From NCBI GenBank assembly GCA_951406725.2, contig OX597830.1, forward strand, positions 63,426,001-63,490,000: a DNA stretch of 64,000 nt. Direction: 5' to 3'. This stretch comes from Octopus vulgaris (lineage: Eukaryota). The position numbers and the translations under genes are program-made. The notes beneath the pieces were generated by a model. It worked only from the letters and a program-made list of their open reading frames with translations, did no database searches and had not been told where the DNA came from. Below are positions 25,870 to 36,232 of this stretch, piece by piece (position 1 is the stretch's first letter; every line of letters starts with the position of its first letter).

Positions 25870-26473
25870 GATAGAAGACCTGTTGAGGCAAGTGAAAATC
25901 AAAACCAAATCAAAATAGATGTACATCAATGGAATTTGTATCCTATTTGTATCCTTTATGGTACCAGTGCCGGTGGCACATAAGAAAACCATCTGAACGT
26001 GACCGTAGCCAGTACTGCATCGACTGGCCTCCGTGCTGAGGGCACGTAACAAACACCATCCGAGCGTGGCCGTCTGCCAGCCTCGTCTGGCACCTGTGTC
26101 GGTGGCACATAAAAAACACCATCCGAGCGTGGCCGTCTGCCAGCCTCGTCTGGCACCTGTGTCGGTGGCACATAAAAAACACCATCCGAGCGTGGCCGTC
26201 GCCAGCCTCGTCTGGCACCTGTGTCGGTGGCACATAAAAAACACCATCCGAGCGTGGCCGTCTGCCAGCCTCGTCTGGCACCTGTGTCGGTGGCACATAA
26301 AATCACCCACTACACTCTCGGAGTGGTTGGCGTTAGGAAGGGCATCCAGCTGTAGAAACACTGCCAGATCTGACTGGCCTGGTGCAGCCTTCGGGCTTGC
26401 CAGACCCCAGTTGAACCGTCCAACCCATGCTAGCATGGAAAGCGGACGTTAAACGATGATGATGATGATGATG

Positions 26474-26475
<2 letters not shown>
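25870..26475 (+). mobile_element. RTE LINE 3' UTR copy with four 62-63-bp tandem units
   Basis: Collinear with 51545-52083. Units start at 26054, 26117, 26180 and 26242. Confidence 0.88.
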
Positions 26476-26525
<50 letters not shown>

Positions 26526-28457
26526 GGTGAACACTACCTTCAAGGAAAAAATCTTCAAGATTGTTATCGCATAAGTGCTTATTAATTTGTTGAAAACATG
26601 AGAACCAGGAGAAAGAGTGAGAGAGAACAGAACCATATACTTCAAGATAGAAATTATTTCATTTTTCTCCTAAGTGATCTAAAAAGCTAGCACCTGGTAA
26701 CAGGCTAAGAACTATATACAACGTCAGTAATTTAGACAAGAAATACATGTTTCAAAATATAAACCATTAAATATGTTACCACAAATATAATTGTCAACAA
26801 CCAATTAATTAGAAACCTATTTTTGTGGCCTCTTACCAAAATAAGAAATATCTCGTTTAGTTTCTTTAAAATTCTCTTTCGGTTTTCCTCTCTTATTTTC
26901 TTCCTCTGCTCGTGTTTTTTTAATGATTTTTTTTTCAAATTTTCATTTTATATCCGTTTGTTACTTTATGATTGCAAAGACTTCTGGTTTCTATAATTTT
27001 TTTGTATTTAAAAATTTTTTGTTTTGTTTTGTAATACTTGCATGTAAAATTGTTGTGCAATTTATTTCATAACCAAATATTCCTTTCTCAAAAAAAGAAA
27101 ATAAATAAAAATAAAAAATCAACCTTTTATGTTGACTTTCATGACAGAAAGCAAGTCAGAACATTTCCGAAAAGCCCTTTTAGTCATTAACAAAAAAAAA
27201 AATTCACTTTTCATTTTGATATTCTTGATCTCCAACTTAACATAGAACACAAAATATTGTGTTATCTACCTCAAAAGATCATGTGATGCATAAAAGCACT
27301 CATCATTGTATCGTTGACAGATAAGAACTATCTCATAATTTCATGGAACCAGATCCCATGATTTCGGCCTGCTATGTGTTCTTCAGTGACAGATATCCTG
27401 CAGTGGTATGACAGCTGAATCTCCCGTCAATGATTTATAGCATCTCAGTGTCTTTTCTACCACTGGTGTCACAAACAGCAAGTGTTGTAATTTTCATGAC
27501 ATGACTATAAGTGTTAGTGTAGCTAAGTGGTTAAGAAGATTGCTTCACAACCATGTGGTCTTGGGTTCAGTGGCACTGTATGTGAGGTATTTACTTTGGG
27601 TATGGTATTCACTTGTGAGTGAATTTGGTAGCATGAAACTGAAAGAAGCTCGTTTTGTGTGTGTGTGTGTGTCTGCATGTGTATGTATGTGTATATGCAT
27701 TTATGCGTGTGTCCTTGTCTTGACATTATGTTTTTATCGCAAATAAACATCGCATTCATGTAAACAGTGTTTTGGACTCAGGAAAAAGGTGAAAGTTGGT
27801 AATGGGAAGAGTATCCAGCCATAGAAATTTTGCCTGATCACACAAACATTGAAAAGTGGATATTAAAATGGTGATGGTGGCAGTGCTGGGGATTGAATTG
27901 CATCCGACACTGGACTTAGTTCCACTGGATTTTGATTCAAGGAATCTTTCGCCTTTTACATGTTTCAGTCATTAGACTGCAGCCTTGTTGGGGCACCACC
28001 TTGGAGACTTTTTAGTCGAATGAATCGACTCTAGGACTTATTTTAAAAGCTTGATACTTATTCTATAGTCCCATTTGCTGAACTGTTAAGTTACAGGGAT
28101 GTAAACACACCGACACCAGTTGTCAAGTAGTGGTGGGGGGCACATACATACCCACACACACATACACTTATATATGACAGTTTCTTTCAGCTTCTCTCTA
28201 CCAAATCCACTCACAAGGTTTTGGTCTAGCTGAGGCTATAGTAGAAAACACTCGGCCAAGATGCCATGTAGTGAGATTGAACTCAGAACCATGTGGTTGG
28301 AAAGCAAGCTTCTTTTATTCATTCAGTTGGCCACAAGGGCCTTACAAAGAAAGGAGGCTGCGGGCTGGACAAAGACATAATGAGATGAAATGATAGACGA
28401 TATGATAATAATGAGGGCAACAGCAATGCCTGCCGATTGCTGTTTATCGAGCACATT

Positions 28458-28509
28458 CATCATCATCATTTAGCGTCCGTTTTCCATGCTAGCATGGGTT
28501 GGACGGTTT
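28458..28509 (-). mobile_element. Extreme 3' tail of the RTE LINE, joined to the 7SL 3' end
   Basis: On minus it reads AAACCGTCCAACCCATGCTAGCATGGAAAACGGACGCTAAATGATGATGATG, the same tail as the RTE copies at 30223-31451 and 51406-52083. Confidence 0.9.
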
Positions 28510-28802
28510 TTGGTGTTCAGTTATATCGAACAGGCTGCCAGCCGACGACTATTCACAGGCGCGATCCCACTACTGCTCGACACGGAGTCTTTTGCCTGCT
28601 GCGTTTCCGCCCTGGGCCGAAGCGACCCTCCTTAGACAATCTGGTCCTGATGAGCTCCCTCTCCAGCACCATATTGATGCCGAGCTTAGCGCGGACACCC
28701 GATCGCCATTGAAGACCGACTACCAGGACTCCCATCCTCAAACCGGTCAACCAACCAAGCCTCCGAGTAGCTGGATTACAGGAGCACGCCACAACTCCCA
28801 GC
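28505..28802 (-). ncRNA. RN7SL: 7SL / signal recognition particle (SRP) RNA, full length (~298 nt); gene or retrocopy
   Basis: Reverse complement starts GCTGGGAGTTGTGGCGTGCTCCTGTAATCCAGCTACTCGGAGGCT (Alu domain). It contains GATCGGGTGTCCGCGCTAAGCTCGGCATCAATATGGTG, helix 6 GAG-GGAG-CTC, CTAAGGAGGG, helix 8 CCAGGGCGGAAACGCAGCAGG and CAGTAGTGGGATCGCGCCTGTGAATAG, all collinear with metazoan 7SL. There is no oligo-T terminator downstream. Confidence 0.93.
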
Positions 28803-29242
28803 TAACATTGTTCTTTATAAATACTTATTGAGGCAACAAACCTCTTACATCACAAAACATAAACGAGGCAATTAACCTCTTACAAGAAAGCCATTATGAG
28901 GCAGTAACCTCTTACATAAGTCAGAACACATAAATACAATAAATCAATACAAATGAAGCACCAAGCCTCTTACTTGAATTCATTATAAGTCTTTTTGCCA
29001 CACAGCCACCTAAATACATAGAAAGTGAATTAACCCTTTAACATTTAAACCGGCTAGCCATATCTGGCCAAAATGTTCTACTTCCTCTATGTTCAGATTG
29101 GCCAGATCCAACATCTCACACCCACCCTACAATGTCATTGTAAAAATAAACAAATCACAGCATCAAAATCTTGAAGCTACAAGATAATGGGATGATTAAT
29201 TTAGAACAATGGGAATAAATAAGCATTTTTTTTTACAGTGTA

Positions 29243-29730
29243 ATCATCATCATCATCATCATTTAACATCCGTTGTCCATGCTGGTGGGGTTTGGATGGT
29301 TTGACCGGAGCTGGTAAGCCAGAAGTCTGCACCAGACTCTAGCCTGATTTGGCATGGTTTTCTATGGCTGGGTGCCCTTCCTAATGCCAACCACTCCGAG
29401 AGTGTAATGGATGCTTTTACGTGTCATTTGTGTGACACCGGCATGGGTGCCATTTGCATGACATCAGTATCTGCCATGATTGCGATTTTGTTCAGCTTGA
29501 TGGGTCTTCTTCTCAAGCATGACATAATGCCAAAGGTCTCAGTCATTGCCTCTGTGAGGCCCAACACTTGAAAGGAACTCAGCCACTTTTCCTCCATAAG
29601 GCCCAATACTTGAAAGGTACTCAGCCACTTTGTCTCTGTGAATCCTAACGCTTGAAAGGAGCCCTTTATGTGCCACTGGCATGGGTGCCAGTTACATGAC
29701 ACCACCATCAGCCATGACTACAATTTCACT
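29243..29730 (-). mobile_element. Older RTE LINE 3' end including a rearranged ORF C-terminus
   Basis: Tail consensus, plus a minus-strand translation with triplicated FQVLGLTEAMT-like segments. Confidence 0.75.
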
Positions 29731-29913
29731 TGAAACGTGGAGTAGATAAAACAGGGGACAACTGATGAAGGGATCGTCCTTTATGTTGCCTGTCTCGTTT
29801 CTCTATTTGTTTCTTTCGTTGTTTGAAAAAAAGCTTGTTTTCTGTGTTTTTTTTTATGTTCTCATTTCTCTTTTTGTTCACGTTTTTTTTATGGAAACTG
29901 AAAGAAGCCCATC

Positions 29914-29985
<72 letters not shown>

Positions 29986-30222
29986 ATACATTTGTGTGTC
30001 TGTGTTTGTCCTCCCAACATCGCTTGACAACTGATGCTGGTGTGTTTACAACTTCGTAACTTAGCAGTTCGGCAAAAAAGAGACCTATAGAATAAGTACT
30101 AAGCTTACAAAGAATAAGTCCTGGGGTCGATTTGCTCGACTAAAGGTGGTGCTCCAGCATGGCCACAGTCAAATGACTGAAGCAAGTAAAAGAATAAAGA
30201 GTTTTATATATATATATATATA

Positions 30223-31448
30223 TCATCATCATCATCATCGTCGTTTAACGTCCGTTCTCCATGCTAGCATGGGTTGGACGGTTCGACCGGGGTTCTGGGA
30301 AGCCAGAAGGCTGCACCAGGCTCCAGTCTAATTTGGCAATGTTTCTACAGCTGGATGCCCTTCCTAACGCCAACCACTCCGTGAGTGTAGTGGGTGCTTT
30401 TTACGTGCCACCTGCACAGGTGCCAGGCGGGGCTGGCAACGGCCACGGTCAGATTGGTGTATTTTATGTGCCACCGGCACGGAAGCCAGTCGAGGCGGTG
30501 CTGGCATCGGCCACGAGTCGGATAGTGCTTTTTACGTACCACCAGACCAGGGATCCTGGCTGGTTCAATTCGATTTCGATTTCGCTTGCCCCAACATGTC
30601 TTCACAAGCAAAGGGGGTTGGCAAGGGTGCCTGTCGTACGGTCGCATTGGAGTATTTTACGTGCCACGGCCACGAGTCGGATAGTGCTTTTTACGTACCA
30701 TCAGACCAGGGATCCTGGCTGGTTCAATTCGATTTCGATTTCGCTTGCCCCAACATGTCTTCACAAGCAAAGGGGGTTGGCATGGGTGCCTGTCGTATGG
30801 TCGCATTGGAGTATTTTACGTGCCACGGCCACGAGTCGGATAGTGCTTTTTACGTACCACCAGGCCAGGGATCCTGGCTGGTTCAATTCGGTTTCGATTT
30901 CGATTTCGCTTGCCCCAACATGTCTTCGCAAGCATGGGGGGTTGGCATGGGTGTCTGTCGTCGGATGAGGTTCTATATCGACTTCGCTTGCCTCAACCGG
31001 TCTTTGTGTCCAAGGGAGGAAAGGCATTCATAAGTGGGCTGGGCTCACTTGTCCTGCCTGGTCTTCTCACGTACAGAATATTTCCAAAGGTCTCGGTCTC
31101 TGGTCATTTCCTCAGTGAGGCCTAAAGTTCGAAGGTCGTGCTTCACCACCTCGTCCCAGGTTTTCCTGGGTCTACCTCTTCCACGGGTTCCCTCAACTGC
31201 TAGGGATTGGCACTTTCTCACACACCTATCTTCATCCATTCTCGCCACATGACCATACCAGCACAATCGTCTCTCTTGCACACCATAACTGATGCTTCTT
31301 AGGTACAACATTTCTCTCAAGGTGCTAACGCTCTGTCGAGTATGTACACTGACATTACACATCCATCGGAGCATACTGGCTTCATTCCTCACGAGCTTAC
31401 GCATGTCCTCAGCAGTCACGGCCCATGTTTCGCTGCCATGTAGCATGG

Positions 31449-31451
<3 letters not shown>
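30223..31451 (-). mobile_element. 5'-truncated RTE-clade LINE: ORF C-terminus plus long 3' UTR ending in (GAT)n
   Basis: ORF part 31045-31450 reads TAMLHGSETWA...RRLCWYGHVARMDEDR...RGRGRPRKTWDEVVKHDL...RDRDLWK, typical of the RTE post-RT region. The 3' UTR holds three 159-bp tandem units and ends CCATGCTAGCATGG...GGACGTTAAACGACGATGATG. Confidence 0.9.
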
Positions 31452-31490
<39 letters not shown>

Positions 31491-31515
31491 CCTTGGATTG
31501 AATAATAATAATAAT

Positions 31516-31551
<36 letters not shown>

Positions 31552-31996
31552 TATAAATATATTATATATATATATTAAAGCTTGTTTCTCCAGTGTTGCC
31601 ATTTATTGTTCATTGAATTTACGCTATACAGACTCAAATGCATTCATGTATGTAAATATATGCACACTTGTGCATATATATACATACACATACTCACACA
31701 ATTATGCATGTGTACATGTATGTGTGTGTGTATGTATACAGTGAGAGAGAGAGAGTGAGAAATCTAAAAAGAGATTATTTATGATATCGGCTGACACACT
31801 TCTTAATGTTATCAATCCCCACCTTCAGATGGGTTGGGAAAGTAGGCAAACAAAAGTTCAAGTCACCAGTACCCTGCCAGGATTTGAACTCAAACTATAA
31901 AAGAATGTGAGGAGGTTTTAGTTCCGACACAAGCATGGAACCACACATTTGAAGAATGAGTATTGTTGGTTAAATTGACCACCTCTACTTACTCAA

Positions 31997-32249
31997 GTGT
32001 CGGTGGCACATAAAAAAAAACACCATCCGAGTGTGGCCGTTCGCCAGCCTCGTCTGGCACCTGTGTCGGTGGCACATAAAAAGCACCCACTACACTCATG
32101 GAGTGGTTGGCGTTAGGAAGGGCATCCAGCTGTAGAAACACTGCCAGATCTGACTGGCCTGGTGCAGCCTTCTGGCTTCACAGACCTCAGTTGAACCGTC
32201 CAACCCATGCTAGCATGGAAAGCGGACGTTAAACGATGATGATGATGAT
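31997..32249 (+). mobile_element. RTE LINE 3' tail with a single 63-bp module
   Basis: Collinear with 26220-26475. Confidence 0.85.
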
Positions 32250-32544
32250 ACTTTATTCAGGATGAAAGGCAAAGTTGTCCTTGGTAGGAACTGAACTCAG
32301 GTATGTGAAGGCCCAGATGTAACAAAATATTCGTTTGTTGCACATATTTCAATGCTTTTGTTTCTATGGCCAGAAGATTGCAAATATATGTATTTTGTTT
32401 TTTTATCAAATCCTATCATAATACTTGACTAGCGTACAAAGGGTCATCTCAGATTACAGTGGTTGTATATCTTGCGTTTATTCTTTATGTATATAAATCA
32501 TGCCAAAGTAGACAGTGTAACAGAATGTAATGGAACAGAAGTGA

Positions 32545-32882
32545 TAAACAACTTCATTATTAATAGTTGGAATGGGACCCTGATTCCACAAGATTGGATC
32601 AATGGTATTCTGTTATCATTACACAAGAGCAAAGGTGAAAAATCGATATATGATAACTATCATGATATCACTGTATTGCAAGCTGTTGGCAAGGTATTTG
32701 CAAGACTTGCTCAACAGATGAGAGGAAGATATCTGGCCTGTAGTTATGCCAGAATCACATTGTGGTTTTAGAGGGAGGAATGGGGAAAGTTGATATGATC
32801 TTCACCGCAAGACAGATACAAGAAAAATGCACTGAGTAGCATATCCCTCTATATCAACTCTTTGCCGACCTAACAAAAGCTT
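32545..32882 (+). pseudogene. Decayed LINE reverse transcriptase fragment (RTE/BovB-like)
   Basis: IPQDWINGILLSLHKSKGEKSIYDNYHDITVLQAVGKVFARL, then frameshifted PESHCGFRG...DMIFTARQIQEKC...FADLTKA. Confidence 0.85.
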
Positions 32883-34152
32883 AATTGAAGCTGCAGGTGG
32901 GTCAGAGAAAGATGTGCAAGGGCCAGAGGGCCTCTTAGAATCATCGAATGATTTGACCAGTAGTAATAATCCCACATGCAAAAGGTCATTTGCAGCCATA
33001 CATGTTGGCACACACACACACGTGCACATGTGTGTGTGTGTGCCCACATATTTATATAAAGACACTCTCTCTTTTGTAAATTGAATGCAAAGGCTTTTGC
33101 TGGGTTTATAAATTGTGATTTACATGTTTGAGGGCTTTTTAAAAATTATTTTTAGAAATTTGATTGAATTTCATAGTATTTGGAGGTGACACATTGTATG
33201 GAGGTCATTGCACTGAGGAGCCAAAGGAGAGGTAAGGGTTTGGGTCCCACTTTGTGCTCACATCTTTAGCGGGTGGTTTCCCAATATGGCCACACCCCAC
33301 TGTCTGCAAGTGGCGAAAGAGTGGAAGCTTTGAAGAATAAAAATATAGTTTTTGAAGTTTTGCTTGTGAGCTGTCAAGTGGCTCATTAGAACATACCATC
33401 CTATTTAGCTATTAAAAAGAGAAAAATAGAAAGAGAGGAAAAATAAGAGCAACTTATGCAGTGTACTTATGACAACCATCTCAAGATGTAGAAATCTCAA
33501 TTACAGTGTACTACCAACATCATGACACTAATTTCTGCCCTGTGCCCTTGTGGCTAGAAAGCCATTCCACTAACTGGTTGAGGTTGAGGGATAGATTCCA
33601 TGTAATATGACTGCGTAATGGAGGATAGAGGGTATACAAGTGTTACAAAAGTTAATCCTTTTGATACCGCTCCTGGTTTTATGGTTAAAGCTTCCTGTTT
33701 TAAAATGATCTAAATTAAAGCTGTCCTCCAGTATTTTTTGTGAATTTATGTTTCAAACATCGGCTGAATAATAACAAAGTTATTTTACTAATTTCTTCAT
33801 TATTTTCAGTTTTAATTGAAACACAGGCAGTGTATTTCAACAAGAATATGGTAACAAAGGGGTTAAAGTGATCTAAATTAGAATCTTCCATCAATATTAA
33901 TTTATATTCCTAACACCATGTTAATAATGGCAAAGTTATTTTCCTAAATTCTTCGCTATTTTCAGTATTAATTGAAACATCGACAAAACTGAATTACAAG
34001 AGGTTCCTCTTTTTCGAATCTTCCATTAGTATTTTGTATTAATTTATGTTCTCAACACCAGATTAATAAAGATAAAGCTATTTTATTTAAATTTTTCATT
34101 ATTTTCAAAATTAAATGAAACAAAAACTGAAATATAGTCACACAGGGGTTAA

Positions 34153-34372
34153 CCCTTTCGTTACCAACCCGGCTGAAACCGGCCCTGGCTCTGAGTACAA
34201 ATGTTTTGTTTTCATAAGTTTTGAATTAAAATCTTCCACCAAACTTTAGTCACAATTTATGTTCCTAACACTAGCTGAATGATGACTAAGTTATTTTACT
34301 AAATTCTTTGTTATATTTAAAGTAATTGAAAGAAATACAGAGCATCTCAAAATAAATACAGTAACGAAAGGG
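34153..34372 (-). mobile_element. piggyBac-type MITE abutting older related copies at 33654-34152
   Basis: TTAA-flanked; reverse complement of 17150-17369. Confidence 0.88.
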
Positions 34373-36232
34373 TTAAAGGCTGTTTTGAACCCTCAGGCCC
34401 TTTCGGCTGGAACTTATCTCAGATTCTGTTGTGTTTAGGACATTAGGATTGCAAGGCTTCCCCCATGAATTGGATGTTATTCAGTGGCAGGATTAACTCC
34501 CAGTGGTACTCTGCTGGTACTCTTTTTCAGCTATGACAAACTCAAGTAACACGAAATGAAGTGCCTTGCTCAAGGACACGAACACACTATTCAGTTTGAG
34601 AACTGAAGCCATCGTGCAATAATTGTGAGCCCAATACCTAAACCACTAGGTCACACAACCTTTACACTTCTGGCATAGATTAGTTGTTAATGAATTAAAA
34701 AGCAAGTGTGGCTTACTAATATGAACTATGCCAAAGGTGGTGAGCTGGCAGAATCATTAGCATGCTGGGCAAAATACTTAGTGGCATTTTGTCCATCTTT
34801 GTATTCTGAATTCAAATTCCGCTGGGGCTGGCTTTGCCTTTCATCTTTTCAGGCTTGATGAAATAGGTGGTAGTTGAGCACTAGGATTGATGAAATTAAC
34901 CCTAGACCCTCCTCCAAACCTGTTGGCCTTGTGCTAAAATTTGAAACGAATACTAACAATGCTAGTATCCATTTTACTATTAATTTTTTGTGCAGCACAC
35001 ATCCATGGGTCATTTTCCTAAGGTTTGTTCTTCAGAGTAAAAATAACCAGGAAGATGTAGAAGATGAAATCTACCTCAATTAGAGTCAAGTTTCCTCAAC
35101 AGACAAACTTTATATAATGTGCATGGACAGTTGATCATTTGTAATCAGACCATATCTGTAGTTTAAGTAAAAGTTTATCTTGGAAGTTAACAGCTTAGAG
35201 GTTTAAATATCACAACTGCCCATCAGTTATTTAGAGGCAAATAACAGATTTGGAATACTTATAAAGAGATTGCAGGGAAATATATTTAGAACTGTCCAAG
35301 TTACTGTTGTTTAAGCTCAGGTCAGCAGAATCCCAACTATGAATTGTATGGCTGTGTGGTAAGAAGTTTTATTCCCAACTACATGGTTCTGGGTTCAGTC
35401 CCACTGCATGGAACTTTGGACAAGTGTCTTCTACTATCGTTCTAGGCTGACTAAAGCCTGGTGAGTGGATGTGTTTGATGGAAATTGAAAGAAGCCCATC
35501 ATGTGTGTGCGTGTGTGTGTGTGTGGTTGTCCCCCCCCCCACATCAACACTTGACAACCGGTTTTGGTGTGTTTACATCCTCATACTTTGTGGTTTGAGA
35601 AAAAAACATTTGGTAGGATAGTACCGAGCTTTAAAAAAAAAATTACTGTCGTCAATTAGTTTGAGTAAAATTCTACAAGGCAGTGCTCCAGCATGACCAC
35701 AGTCTAATGACTGAAAATAGTCAAAGATAAAAATGAAAAGATCCTGTTGCGTTTATTTTTTTTAAAGCATATTACATCACTTTTGAGCTCTGTTAATTGA
35801 GTTAATGCAGGTGAGGCCTGAAGTGCCTGGCTTGCATACAGATGAGGCTTCCATATGGAAAGCCAGGTAAGAATGATGTGTAGTAACACCTGTATCGGAA
35901 CTGGTATTGTTAGAGGTGGTGTAGCACATGAGTTGATGTTGAGGGGGAAGAGCATGAGGAAGTGGAGGAGGACAAAAAGAAAGAAAAAAAAGCAACAAAA
36001 AAACAAAGCCAAGCCTCATTAGTGTTAACTGATAGGAGAATACTGATTCAAGAGACAGAGGGAGCTTACTGATGAATAGTGTTGCCAGGAGAGTAACAAG
36101 TGTGACATAGTCAAATGCTCTTGTGTCAGTGCGGTGACACTAGTTTACTTGTACTTGCAGTGGTGTTCATCTAGAGTAAGCTGATCCATCTCCGAACAGC
36201 AAGTTCCCCACATCCCTCATGAATGATGACTA

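Larger units (their letters stand above)
27950..29010 (-). mobile_element. SINE family A split by the 7SL-containing insert (pieces 27950-28316 and 28996-29010)
   Basis: ...GGAAAGCAAGCTTCTT stops at ~28316 and the expected continuation (T)GCCACACAGCCAC resumes at ~28996. Confidence 0.8.

Noticed and set aside
25483-26452. ORFs of up to 315 aa
   Set aside because: They are translations of (TA)n tracts and the 63-bp RTE UTR modules.
27350-27400. Minus-strand CTGAAGA...GAAA hammerhead
   Set aside because: Stem II does not pair and there is no valid NUH cleavage triplet.
28740-28802. Primate Alu contamination
   Set aside because: The Alu-like 5' part continues into the SRP S-domain that Alu lacks, diverges from human 7SL, and is joined to local repeats.
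28437-28831. Short ORFs over the GC-rich segment, and CTGATGA at ~28646 as a hammerhead
   Set aside because: Both are explained by the 7SL sequence. No hammerhead stems or matching GAAA geometry are present.
30261-31033. 235-aa plus-strand ORF with internal repeats
   Set aside because: Antisense reading of the RTE 3' UTR with its 159-bp triplication.
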